Made by a program: the position numbers and the translations under genes. A DNA stretch of 63,995 nucleotides, counting the filler, from Octopus bimaculoides (taxonomy: Eukaryota), in the NCBI RefSeq assembly GCF_001194135.2. It is 10 parts of 8 records of this genome, joined end to end, with 100 filler letters (N's around TTAATTAATTAA, not from the genome) between each part and the next. Parts side by side here need not be neighbours in the genome. Positions count along the whole stretch, not along the records: positions 23,867 to 37,064 come from NC_069001.1; positions 37,165 to 40,266 come from NC_068982.1; 8 more parts are not named here. One strand, 5' to 3'. How positions within the stretch are numbered: the stretch's first letter is position 1; each line of letters begins with the position of its first letter. Of this stretch, positions 25,151-37,894 are shown piece by piece. The notes beneath the pieces are model-generated. The model was not told the origin of the DNA, ran no database searches, and saw nothing but the letters and a program-made list of their open reading frames with translations.

Positions 25151-25544
25151 GGTCATTGAGTATCTCACTTATTCTTCCTGGGTCTGCCATCAGTGAATCA
25201 TTCCCTTGGAACAATGGTCCTATCTTAAATTGTATTGTAGCTGTTTCCTTTGCGAATTTATAGAAAGCTTTGGGATTTGTTTTTATGCTTTCCACAGTGC
25301 TTCACTCTCTCTGCTCTTTCCCTTTCATGAGAGTGATCTTACTTTCAATTTCTAGGAGCATGTGTGTTAAGACAGACTTCTCTCTATCACTATCAACTCT
25401 TGAAAGTAGTAGTAGTAGTAGTGTGGTGGTGGTGGTGGTGGTGGTATCATTAATTGCTTTAACAAGCAATTTTTTCTTGTGAGAGTATACAAGTTCAATG
25501 AAGCCTTATATATATACTTTCATATATAAAAGTGTATAGTATTT

Positions 25545-25745
25545 ATACACAGAGAGGCTACCCTTTACAGGACACCTTACATGCTACAGAGGGCAGCCAA
25601 ACCCAAACCATGAAAACAACTATTATTTACAGTTAATGCCAAATTCGAGTTTCTCTATTAATGAACAGATAAATTAATTTGTCATCTGTACTTCATCAGT
25701 GAGATCACCTAAGACAATGCATAATTATGCATCAAATACGTACTG
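25545..25745 (+). repeat. Old dispersed repeat, also at about 37205-37440 and partly 37690-37810
   Basis: Shared cttacatg...agggcag..aaacccaaacca and ctattaatga.cagataaattaatttg..atctgta...aatgcataattatg. Confidence 0.75.
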
Positions 25746-25949
25746 AAATTTTCTACCCTTATAATTTTCACAGTAAAATTTTCATTATTTCAAAGCTTGG
25801 TAAGCAGTTTTGATTTTATTATTTGCTGCTGTCTATATGATTGCGCTTGCACAGTTGATTTGAAAACATAAATGTTTGAGTATGCAGCACACGTGGAATT
25901 TTGGTACATATTTGCTACATAATTATGCATTTTTTGTTCTGTTTATGAA

Positions 25950-26650
25950 GTGTCCCATCCATTATGTCCCAGAGGTGTTCAATAGGGTTCATATCTGGTA
26001 ACAGGCTTGGCTGTGGAAGTTTTTTAATGCCATTCTTTTCCAACCAATCTCGGATCTTGTTAGCCATGTGACAAGGACCCCATCTTCCATAAATAGTCTT
26101 CTTTAATCATTTCAGCACTGGAGAAGATTGGAAGGAGTCCTTTGACACAACAAACATATTTATCTGAGTTTCTGTTTCCATCACATTCCACCAGCTCTGA
26201 TAGACCATTGCTCCAGATTGCTCCCCAGACCATCATAGAATAGCTGCCTTGTTTCATTGTTGGCAGTAATCTTTCCATGCCAAATTCTTGACCACAGAGT
26301 TTCCAGATTCACGCTTGACCACTGTCAGAAAATACAGCAAATCTGGACTCATCAGAGAATATGATAGTATCCCAAAATGCTAGCAGCCATTCCACATCTC
26401 ACTGGCCCAATCTTTTCTCCAATGCTGGTTGATGAAGTGGCTTCCTTCTTGCTGCTCTGCCATAGTAGCCAAGTTTGTTAAGATACCTGACAGCTGTTCT
26501 GGGGCAGACATCAACTTGTTCTGTTGTGTCAGGTCTTGCAATGAGGATTATCCTCCACACTTCACTTAACAAAGCATAAGGTCCTGTCAGAGGGCCCTGG
26601 TCAACCTGGGCAAGGTGATGTGGACTCCTTCCCCTCTCTGATGAATAGCA
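25950..26650 (-). mobile_element. Tc1-family transposase remnant
   Basis: RTAVRYLNKLGYYGRAARRKP, IIFSDESRF, TMKQGSYSMMVWGAIWSNG..LVECDGNRNSDKY. Confidence 0.9.
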
Positions 26651-26729
26651 CAAACACCCTATTAACTGTAGAAACCAGGATCCCAAAGTTTTCTGCATAA
26701 TAAATATATATATATATATATATACGTTA

Positions 26730-26781
<52 letters not shown>

Positions 26782-26851
26782 TAATAAATATATATAAATA
26801 GACATATGCACAGCAGAGTTCAAGGTCAATCTTTGCCAAGTNNNNNNNNNN

Positions 26852-26888
<37 letters not shown>

Positions 26889-28052
26889 TAATAAATATAT
26901 ATAAATAGACATATGCACAGCAGAGTTCAAGGTCAATCTTTGCCAAGTGGCTCGACTCTGTGTGCTTTAGCTTTGTTACTATGGCAACAGTCCGGATACT
27001 TATTGATCAGACCTCATTTGTCTCTTCACATTCTGGTTTCAAATCTAGCTGAGGTTAATTTTGGAAAGAGGTTTTGTAAAATAATCTAACAGTTGGTACT
27101 CCAGCATTACCACAGCTGAATGGCTGAAATGAGTAAAAGAGTTAAATACTGAATGTGTATGTGTGGGGGAGTTGGTTTAAGTTAACTTTTTAACCCTCCT
27201 CCACCAATTCACAAAATGCATGACCTTGTGCTAATGTAAAAACATCATTATTATTGGCAGAGTCAGCAGAGTATTATACAAAATCCTTTGCAGTATCTAA
27301 TCACAGATCTTTGCATTCCAATTCAAATCCTGCTGAGGTCAACTTTGCTTTCTATCTTTTTGGATAGTAATGATGATGATGGTAAAGCAGCAGCAGTATT
27401 CATTGCATTAAATGCACTAACACTAACTTTATTGCACAAGCAAATCTGTTTCCTGAAACATTTCAGCTCTGGTTTTATTTTTCCACAATTAATTCCAGAT
27501 TACATTATTGAATTTCACCTTCCATTTATTAGATAGATGAGTATCCATGTTGAGGCCTTGTCATTATCTTATTTTATTTATCCAATATGTTCTTTCCCTT
27601 TCTTGTCTAATGAAAAAAGTAATAAATTCTTTTGATATTTGGTTACCAAGACTGAATGAGAACCTGTGTGTTGAAACAGATTTTGTTGTATCTTGGGAGG
27701 GTTGCTGTGCCAATAGTAAGCACAGACACTGGTTTAATTTCACTTCTTTATTATTCATCACTTTGTGAGCTATTTAACCAACTAATTGATTGTTTGGTTA
27801 ATCATTCAGCTAGTCAATCAATCAGTCATGTTTGTCAAAGTCCTTTTGTCACTATTCACAACCTTTTCAATGACATTTTCTCTCTACTTCAGGTCAGCTT
27901 GTGACCTGGAGCTGTCCTGCAGTAGAGAGGGTTGTGTAAAAAAGTTATGGATAGCAATGAAAATTTATCCTCCAAAGCTATAATCTCATTGCATCTTTTC
28001 AACATTTCTGTGTCATATCTAAATGAACCTTTATTAATTCTTCTCTTTCAAG

Positions 28053-28128
28053 GTATCTGGCAAAGACATCATGGATGCAATAAGATCTGAGACTTCTGGA
28101 GACTTAGAATCTGGTCTGAAAGCCATTG
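28053..28128 (+). CDS. Annexin internal exon (end of repeat 3)
   Basis: ttctctttcaAG|...|GTaaga; 76 nt, phase 0 to 1; VSGKDIMDAIRSETSGDLESGLKAI matches annexin ..I.SE.SGDL..GL. Confidence 0.93.
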
Positions 28129-28677
28129 GTAAGAACTGTTTTTACTTTTCTGTTCAAAATGTCTGTCTGATTAAGGTGTCTGACTCTATATCACAAATGT
28201 TTGATAGGTCAGGGTTGCATATGGTTGTAAGGATAGTTATTATGTTCATTTCATCTACACATGGGTTCAGCTGTTTTGGGATATCTCATAAATATGGTAC
28301 ATTATTCTCCTATCTGTCTTGCTGACAGTATTCTTCAACCTGTAAGGTTGATTGTTTAACTGCAGTAAGGTGGGTCTGCTATGAGACAAAATGTTGTAAG
28401 CATTTATCTGCAAATGATTTAATTTGTGAAACCCCTACTTGAGTGCTACCTTGTGTAGAGAGCATTTAATCTATCTTAGAGTGGTTATTGTGACAGCAGT
28501 CTGCTATGGTATGAAATGAATCTGTGTCATGTATTAGACTTGTTGCTAATTCTTTCAAATCAAGTCTTATGTGACATTCTATGGATAGAATGCTTTAAAG
28601 AAGTTCACCGTGTTTGTTTTCACCATTTTATGAGTCAAGTGCAGATCTTAAAGTCAGTTCTGCATCTTTTGTTTCAG

Positions 28678-28790
28678 TAATGTGTGCTCGAGACAGACCA
28701 GCATATTTTGCATCACAACTACATAAGGCAATCAGTTGCATGGGAACTAAAGATAATGCTCTGATCAGAATTGTTGTCTCTCGTTCTGAG
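28678..28790 (+). CDS. Annexin internal exon (repeat 4)
   Basis: ttttgtttcAG|...|GTaagt; 113 nt, phase 1 to 0, splices in frame with the previous exon; (V)MCARDRPAYFASQLHKAISCMGTKDNALIRIVVSRSE; paralog not assignable. Confidence 0.95.
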
Positions 28791-28860
28791 GTAAGTTGAC
28801 TTTCTTTATGTTTGATAGAATGCTATCTAAATACAACTCAACTCTACACATGACTTTTTT

Positions 28861-28923
<63 letters not shown>

Positions 28924-29073
28924 GTGTCTACTCACAATAACATAGGCACCTAAAACAATTACACTACGCATGATACCCACTAAGTCATAGTTGCTTCTGT
29001 GTATATATGTATTATGTATATGGATATGTTTGTTATGTATATATTTGCGTGTATATGTATATATGTTTGTTTT

Positions 29074-29126
<53 letters not shown>

Positions 29127-32100
29127 TATACATATATGTTTGTTATGTATATATGCATATATGTTTGTGTATATACATGGCTGGCATGTGAAACAGTGTT
29201 TTGAAATATACAAACTTTCCAATCAGTCCAAATATGTACGGCACATATTTGACCTATAATAACTCTATTGTCACTGCAGTTTGACATGGAGAAAAAATTC
29301 TCACTTGACACGAAAAGTGTAAAATACCAAAGCCATTTCATAGCACACCCTATGAATTAATATATAAATTTCAAGTTACTTATGCTCTCATCAGTTTTAA
29401 ATACCTTGGTGAAACAGCTACAAAATGACTGGATGCTTTCACTTCTTTATAAGAAATTGGTAGAAATTGTCCAGTGACTGCATGCTGCAGCCATCAGGCC
29501 AGAACAAAAGATGTGGTCTGAATGCAATGTTCATCATTCTGTAGGAGCTCTGAATTTACAACCTAGGTGTGGAGGACCATGGTCTAAAGGTTTATATATT
29601 GTCCCACTCATAGCAGAGTTAGTTGGGGAAACAGTTTTGGTAGTAAAGTCCAGTTCCACAGTTTTTCTCTAAGTCCCCCATCCTTGTGGTTACTCCCACT
29701 GTCATGGGTTTTATTGGAGCAAGCTCTATGATGTGCTAACATGCAAGTAGTGTCTACCTTTGGTGCATCTCCAGAGTTGTTCACTCTGATCCTTCAGGCA
29801 ATCACAGCATTATGACTGTCATTCATGTCTAATGTTCTATGAAAATAAGTTTAGCCATTGAGAAATATCACTTTGCTTCAGAACTAGTGGGCATTGATGA
29901 CAGGAAGGGCTTCTGATCAGAGAAAATCTGTCTCAGTAAACTTCATCTTTCCCATTCAAGCATGGAACAGTGGCTGCTAAAATGATGATGATGATGATGA
30001 GATATGTATTTGAGGAACAGCTTTTCTCTTATGTTTGTTTCCTTAAATACTTTCATTAAATATCGTTTTACTTCTTATCTTCTACTCATTTCAGTCATTA
30101 GACTATGGCCATACTGGGGCACCACCTTGAAGACTTTTAGTTGAATGAATCAGCTTCACTGCTTATTATTTCTTGTAAAGGCTAGAACCTATTCTATCGA
30201 TCTCCTTTGCTGACCCACTGTTACAAGGGATGTAAGCATGCCAACACTGGTTGTCAAGCAGTGGTGAGGGGACAAACACAGACAAAAATACACACACACA
30301 CATATACATCAATATATAAATATACATATATATATATATATANNNNNNNNNNNNNNNNNNNNNNNNNNNNNNNNNNNNNNNNNNNNNNNNNNNNNNNNNN
30401 NNNNNNNNNNNNNNNNNNNNNNNNNNNNNNNNNNNNNNNNNNNNNNNNNNNNNNNNNNNNNNNNNNNNNNNNNNNNNNNNNNNNNNNNNNNNNNNNNNNN
30501 NNNNNNNNNNNNNNNNNNNNNNNNNNNNNNNNNNNNNNNNNNNNNNNNNNNNNNNNNNNNNNNNNNNNNNNNNNNNNNNNNNNNNNNNNNNNNNNNNNNN
30601 NNNNNNNNNNNNNNNNNNNNNNNNNNNNNNNNNNNNNNNNNNNNNNNNNNNNNNNNNNNNNNNNNNNNNNNNNNNNNNNNNNNNNNNNNNNNNNNNNNNN
30701 NNNNNNNNNNNNNNNNNNNNNNNNNNNNNNNNNNNNNNNNNNNNNNNNNNNNNNNNNNNNNNNNNNNNNNNNNNNNNNNNNNNNNNNNNNNNNNNNNNNN
30801 NNNNNNNNNNNNNNNNNNNNNNNNNNNNNNNNNNNNNNNNNNNNNNNNNNNNNNNNNNNNNNNNNNNNNNNNNNNNNNNNNNNNNNNNNNNNNNNNNNNN
30901 NNNNNNNNNNNNNNNNNNNNNNNNNNNNNNNNNNNNNNNNNNNNNNNNNNNNNNNNNNNNNNGATGGGCTTCTTTCATTTTCTGTCTACCAAATCCACTC
31001 ACAAGGCCTTGATCAGCTTGAGGCTATAGCAGAAGACAATTGCCCAAGGTGTCATGCAGTGAAACAGAACCCAGAACCTTGTGGGTTGGATCAAACTTCT
31101 CACTACACAGCCATACCGACACCTATGTTCAAGTTTTATGAAAAGTCTAAAATAAAAAAGATAGAACTCAAACATGGTCGTATATTTAATGAAACTACTG
31201 CAGTTGTATTGCCCCCCCCCCATCCTGATACTGCTCTTCTCTCTTACTACCCAAAACCATCTCACTTGTTATCTGTTAATATTTGTTCTCCACATCCACA
31301 TTACCTTCCTCCTCCCCAAACCACCAAATTATCTCTTCTCATACATTACACCTGTTTTATTTCTCTACTCCACTTTTGCAGCCTGCCCAAACATATATCT
31401 ATTTTTCTCTCTCACTCTGTCTCCTTCTTCCCTTGTTAATGGTATTATTACCACCTTACTGCTAGTATCCCTGTAACCTCCCCCCTTCCCACACCCTGTC
31501 CCTCACTCCTTACAGATGTTGCCTATTTCCCTCTCCCACTTCCCCTATCCCTTCCTCCCATGTACTCCAGCAAACCCCCATTTACCCCCACCTACTACTC
31601 CTACCTGAACACTTCATCATCACTGTCCACTTCCTTGGAGGTACCTCTAATACTTTTTCAATCTCCCTCCTGAAGCAATAGAATGGTAGGGCTCTATGCA
31701 TAAAACAATAGGCCATGGAGGGGTGCATGAACTAAGCTTGTGTAATAAGTCAGATCTTTGCAGTGTCACTTGTTGCCAGTTGAGACAGTCTTCAGTCATC
31801 TTTATCGGAAGTGACATCACAAGATCATTTTTCATCACCTTATTCTAAGGCACCCACCCTCTATCTCTCTTTCACGAGTACCATTCACCTTGAGCACCCA
31901 TATCTCTATCATCTTCATTTACATCACTTGCCCGTACTTTCACAGTCCTCTCTCCTATGTACTATATATGATTTCTCTTATGCCCATTTTATCTCTCTGT
32001 TTGTTTACACTTTGTTCTTATACATTAACATGGCACATCCAACCAAACAAGCTCACTTTATTTCTTTCTAGCTTTGGCATGTTTTTTTTTTGCATTCAGA

Positions 32101-32757
32101 ATCCATGTTTTGCTGCTGTGCAAGAATACACATTACACATAAGCATCATACAATCTGCTCTTGATCTTGAGGTGTTGGTAACAAAGTAATACCTCCCTGA
32201 ACATTCTATAACTTATTCCAGCCACCACACTTTCAGAACACTCCCTCTCTACTGCTAATTCAGTACTTGTCTAAGTAGTAAAAGTTATATAGATGTCATG
32301 TCCAAACCCATAAAAATGTTAAATACTATATAGGCTCTATTTATAATGTTTTAGAAATAGGTCATTGTTAAACAAACATTCATTCATGAATTATAAATTG
32401 AAGCAATTGACAAAAGGTATTTATTTCAAGCTGAAATGGAGTATCATGGTTACTGCACTCCTAAATAGAGGTGAACATGAACGTCAACTGTTACATGTAT
32501 GAATCTATTCACATATTGCAAGCAGGCAATCATCTCTTAAAACAAAAATGGAAATGATTTTGTAACTAGTTGCAATCATATGATCTTCAAAACTTCTCAA
32601 ATGTTGTAAACATAATAATTACCTAATCTAATAGCACTTGCATATATATATCTTAAAACTATAATTGAGTATATTCTAAATTCTCTATTGCATAATGCGT
32701 TTAACAAAAACTTGATCTATCCTGTGCATCCTTGTTATAATTTAGTGACTTGATTAC

Positions 32758-32915
32758 TCATGCAAGTGTGGCTGAGTGGTAAGAAGCTTGCTCTGCAACC
32801 ACATGGTTCCGGGTTCAGTCCCACTGTGTGGCACCTTGGGCAAGTGTCTTCTACTATAGCTTTGAGCTGACTAAAGCCTTGTGAGTGGATTTGGTCAACG
32901 GAAACTGAAAGAAGC

Positions 32916-32955
<40 letters not shown>

Positions 32956-33392
32956 GAAATTTACAGAAAAACAAAAGACAGGTGTATAGACAACAAGCAG
33001 GTGTATTAGTTTGATCCTCAGGAAGGTGAGAAAGTCTTTTACGTTTCGAGCCTACACTCTTCAACAGAAAAGAACACAAAGAAATAAACAGAGAGAATAA
33101 AAAAAGTTTGGGAGTTAGCAGTCAATCATGGCAACTAGTTGAATAGGAGAGCTAGGAAGAAGGGGAGATAATAAAGAACTGGTGATCCCAAAACGAAAGT
33201 GCCTGTTCATGTATGTAAGTGAGAGTGTGTGCATGTGGATAGGGGCTGGTGACTTTGATGTGGATGTGTGTGTGCATCTGTAATGTGTGGGTGTGTAGAT
33301 GATGGTGTAGTTGCTGGGAAGTGGTCTGTGGCAGTGTTGGGGTGTAGAGATGTAAATGTGAGGGTAGTGATGGTGGGGGAATAACAGACACA

Positions 33393-33430
<38 letters not shown>

Positions 33431-33590
33431 CATACATATGTCTATATTTTTACCTTAGCGGTTCAGCAAAAGAGACCGATAGAATAAATATTGGGCTTAA
33501 AAAGAAGTCCTGGGGTCGATTTCTTTGACAAAAGGTGGTGCTCCAGCATGACCACAGTTGACTGAAACAAGTAAAAGAGTAAAAGAATAA
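32758..33590 (+). mobile_element. SINE family B copy split by (TA)n and a Penelope-like insert
   Basis: Head gtggctgagtggtaagaagcttg...gcaccttgggcaagtgtcttctactatagc at about 32765-32920; tail ttagcggttc.gcaaaagagaccgatagaat...gtaaaagag at about 33450-33590. Confidence 0.75.
33040..33067 (-). ncRNA. Degenerate Penelope-type minimal hammerhead ribozyme motif
   Basis: Minus strand CTGTTGA-A-GAGT-GTAG-GCTC-GAAA-CGTA; stem II pairs, but the core departs from CUGANGA at A6. Confidence 0.35.
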
Positions 33591-33919
33591 AACAAAGCAC
33601 TTAACTTAATACGTAACCATAAGGTATTAAACAATATATTCAACTTCCAACTTTTGTCTTTTATGCACATACACACACACTGTGTGTATGTATGTATGTA
33701 TGTGTTTATACATCTGTGTTACTGGATATGGAATACTTATATATTATTCTACTCAGTGTGTCTGTGACTATGTATAGTCTAATTTTCAATGGAAGCTGTA
33801 TCAAAGCATTTTATGACTCAAACAATTTATTATAACTTATATGCTCAATATACAATATTTATTATATGAAAATGCATTATACAAACATGTATATAATAGT
33901 TATTAAAATACATCCCTTT

Positions 33920-33964
<45 letters not shown>

Positions 33965-35302
33965 TACATACATACATACATACGTATGTATGTAAGTTCA
34001 GCAAAAATTTAGATTTTAGATGAATATGGTACTTAAGTTGAGGCACCAGAATTTAGTATGGTATTATCCGTAAAATTTCAAAATAAGGTGACTAGAATCA
34101 AAATAAGCAACAAGGATATCCAGAGGTAATGCAGTACAATCGTTTCATGCAACTCCATTTAATTGAACAATGCAACCATTACATCAATTTAAATGCAGAG
34201 CAATCCTCAGCTGCACAAAGAGATAGAATTTAATTAAATTAAAACAGATGGACACATTAGTATAATTCTATCTAAAATCTCCAAGAATTTAAGGAGATAG
34301 ACAAAGTACATGCTGCTTTCACTTCCGCTTAGAAGCTACTAAGGTATCAGAAAGAAAGACTTGTTACAGATTTTGCTTATTATTGTTTTATGGGGTCAGT
34401 TTTAATTTATAGACTAGTTTTATCAAATCCTTATATCTAAGGCCGAAAGAACAGGGGACCCTGCTTGCGAAGACCTGTTGAGGCAAGTGAATTTGGATAT
34501 TGAAATTTGAATCGGAAATCGAAATCGAACCAAATCTGACGACTAGCACCCATGCCAACCTCTCCTTCATTGGACACTAAACTCTGCTTGCGAAGACCTG
34601 TTGGGGCAAGTGAAATTGAAATTGAACCATACTCGATGGAGGATAATATGCTGAACCCAACTACTTGCAGACGGTGTATCCCGTTGAATTCATTAATTTT
34701 AATTCATAGCAAAAGCGACAAAAGAAAGGAAGAAAAGAAAAAGAAAGAAAGAACCAAAGCACAGGTGTCCATGGCAGACTATGTTATTTTGCCAACATGT
34801 TTTACATATATAGGAGCAAAGTACATAAGGAATTAGAGGATGAACAGAAGTTTAATCTTACAGCTNNNNNNNNNNNNNNNNNNNNNNNNNNNNNNNNNNN
34901 NNNNNNNNNNNNNNNNNNNNNNNNNNNNNNNNNNNNNNNNNNNNNNNNNNNNNNNNNNNNNNNNNTGGAAAGCGGACGTTAAACGATGCTGATGATGATG
35001 ATGATATATATATATGAGAAAAGGTACGCTCAAAAGAACAATTCAAACTTTTGTGGGGATCCAAAATGAGAGAAAAGGTGATTTCTAATAAGGATTCATC
35101 ATATTCATTATGATCAGCCAAAATAGGTAATAAGAATATGAAAATAATATTTGAGGAGATTCGTTATAGGCATAAGAATATACCAAAAACAAGTATAAAA
35201 AAATGGAGAAAAGATGTTGAAACAGAAATAGATTTATTATGAAACTGGATTCATTGCATACGTACGTTTCGAAAAACTATGCAAAAATCATCATCCTTAT
35301 GA

Positions 35303-36010
35303 TCATCGTTTAACGTCCGCTTTCCCTACTAGCATGGGTTGGACGATTTGACTGAGGACTGGTGAACCAGATGGCTACACCAGGCTCCAATCTGATTTGG
35401 CAGAGTTTCTATAGCTGAATGCCCTTCCTAACACCAACCACTCCAAGAGTGTAGTGGGTGCTTTTACGTACCACCGGCACGAAGGCCAGTCTGGCAGAGG
35501 CCTTGGATTTAGATCTCACTTGGCTTGCTGTGTCTTCTCACGCACAGCATATTTCCAAAGGTCTCGGTCAGAAGTCATCGCCTTGGTGAGGCCCAATGTT
35601 CGAAGGTTGTGCCTCACCATCTCATCCAAGGTCTTCCTGGGCCTACCTCTTCCACAGGTTCCCTCAACTGCTAGGGTGTGGCACTTTTTCACACAGCTAT
35701 CCTCATCCATTCTTGCCACATGTCCATACTAGCGCAATCATCTCTCTTGCACACCACAACTGATGCTTCTTAGGTTCAATTTTTCTCTCAAGATACTTAC
35801 ACTCTGTCTAGTAGGCACACTGACTTTACACATCCATCGGAGCATACAGGCTTCATTCCTTGTGAGCCTATGCATGTCTTCAGCAGTCACGGCCCATGTT
35901 TCACTGCCATGAAGCATGGCTGTTCATACACATGCGTCATACAGTCTGACTTTTACTCTGAGAGAGAGAGACCCTTTGTCACCAGCAGAGGTAAGAGCTC
36001 TCTGAACTTT
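35303..36010 (-). mobile_element. RTE-clade LINE 3' end (RT C-terminus plus 3' UTR)
   Basis: KFRELLPLLVTKGLSL..., AMLHGSETWAVTAED..., YGHVARMDEDSCVKKCHTLAVEGTCGRGRPRKT. Confidence 0.9.
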
Positions 36011-36502
36011 GCCCTGCCCAGGTTATTCTTATTCTTATTCTATTCTTATTCTAGCAAAAATGTAAGAAAATATTTAAATCATAGTGATTATAATTATAAT
36101 TGAAAATAAAAAATTAAAATTAAGAATAAAAATAAAATTTAAAATTTGATTTATGCATTGTCATTCTCATCAGTGAGTAATCTTTTGAAGGACATCAAAA
36201 AAGTTTCATATGATGAAGTAAAATGAGTTAAAAATGAAATAAAATAAAACTAAAATAAGATACAATAAGAGAACACAGATTGGGCAATAAGGGAAATCGG
36301 GTAATTTACAAATCAAGTTGTGAACAAGAAAAATAATGATAAGAACAATAATAATGGTAAGAGAGAGACAAAAAATAAAAATAAAAAATAGAAGAATATA
36401 TCAATGTGGATTTCTTGAATCTCAACATTGGTTCTTGTGCAAAGTATTTCTGTCAGAACAGATTCTTTTCATCCAATACACTATCAATACAACAACAACA
36501 AT

Positions 36503-36976
36503 ACTATTAGAGTTGTGGATTTATGCTGAACATCTGCTGTCACATTTAGGAAGAGTACAGTTGTCTTCCAAGTCAATTATAAAGATTGTTCCACTGCTCC
36601 CTCTGGAAAGGGAAGGGACGGTCTGTTTTTTCACTGTAGTCGTGATTGCAAAAGAGGTTGTGTGGAAGTCTTGCATCAAAGGAGTAGTGTGGCAGGCAAC
36701 ATGAGAAAAGATGGAAGAACGTGGCATACATGTTGAGAGTGGTTGTACCATCTTAAGGGAGAACATAAAGATTCTGAAAAGGTTCAGTGGTGGATTGTGG
36801 TCTGTGGGGTCATACCTGTCCATCACTTCATATTTATCATTCGTTAAATTATCATAAATTTTTAACAGTTTCATCATTCGTTAGGTGAATCACCCTGATT
36901 TCTTGTCTTGTCCCCTCTGTGTTAGTCCCTTGTGGACAAATAAAAATCAATTCATCTGATGATTGTAGACATGTGC
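36503..36976 (+). mobile_element. Second copy of the Tx1/L1 3' end, inverted relative to 23867-24344
   Basis: About 475 bp with only a handful of substitutions and one 4-bp indel by manual comparison. Confidence 0.92.
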
Positions 36977-37025
36977 GCATGAAACCAATGGTAGCAGATA
37001 CAGGTCAGGAAATATGAATTCTATT

Positions 37026-37064
<39 letters not shown>

Positions 37065-37164
37065 NNNNNNNNNNNNNNNNNNNNNNNNNNNNNNNNNNNN
37101 NNNNNNNNTTAATTAATTAANNNNNNNNNNNNNNNNNNNNNNNNNNNNNNNNNNNNNNNNNNNN
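37065..37164. other. Artificial scaffold spacer
   Basis: 44 N + TTAATTAATTAA (37109-37120) + 44 N. Confidence 0.97.
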
Positions 37165-37562
37165 TATATATATATATATATATATATATATGAGTGCATA
37201 AAGATTTATACGCGGAGAGAAGACCCTTGACAAAACTTCTTACATGTCAAAAAGGGCAGTTAAACCCAAACCACAGAAAAGGGATTCTTAAGGCATGCAA
37301 CTAATAGGCACTAGAGTGAATAAAAAAATAGTTATTCCTATACTCGAGCTTCGCTATTAATGACCAGATAAATTAATTTGATATCTGTAGCTCGTCAGTA
37401 GGATCGCTAAGGAATGCATAATTATGTAGCTATAATACGTATCGAAAACATGAGGCAAACACATGGGCAAGATAGCCCTATCTTTATACATTATGGATTC
37501 AAACTTAGTGCACGAGCGTAGTTATAACAGCCTAACAGTAAATAAATTTAAACTGTGTACTA

Positions 37563-37888
37563 TATGGCTTAAGAATTGGGAAATTTTACTGTATAAGTAT
37601 GAGGGTAAAAAAGTAAAATAATTTATTACCAGTGGTTCGCATGCTTAATAAAAGTCATAAGACAAAATATTTTCTTATGTAACAGTGTGTAAAGATTTAT
37701 ACACGAAGAGATCTCTTGACAGGATGTCTTACATGTTAAACCCAAACGACGAAAAAAAAAAACGGAATTCTAAAGGCACGCTGCTAATAGGTACTAAAGT
37801 GAATAAAAACATTACCACTGGTAATAAATTATTTAAAGTTTTTATCCTCATAGTTATACATTAAAATTTTCCAATTCTTAGGCCATAT
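37563..37888. mobile_element. MITE-like element with about 75-bp imperfect TIRs
   Basis: Perfect 20-bp inner arms 37617-37636 and 37814-37833; pairing extends outward (tatggc.taagaattgg.aaatttta.tgtataa.tatgagg.taaaaa). Confidence 0.8.
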
Positions 37889-37894
37889 TGTGTA

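Noticed and set aside
26780-26948. Short direct duplications flanking 10-N gaps (also about 44821-44990, 52800-52960, 55670-55740, 57820-57960, 63343-63450)
   Set aside because: Identical sequence on both sides of a 10-N gap indicates unmerged contig overlap; for this reason the repeated zinc-finger linker at 63403 was not counted twice.
27893-27983. Possible extra annexin exon after the acceptor-like ctacttcAG
   Set aside because: No frame resembles annexin repeat 3 and there is no convincing donor.
35030-35090. KEQFKLLWGSK as the final annexin exon
   Set aside because: No acceptor, and the IDL...DTSGDY motifs are absent.
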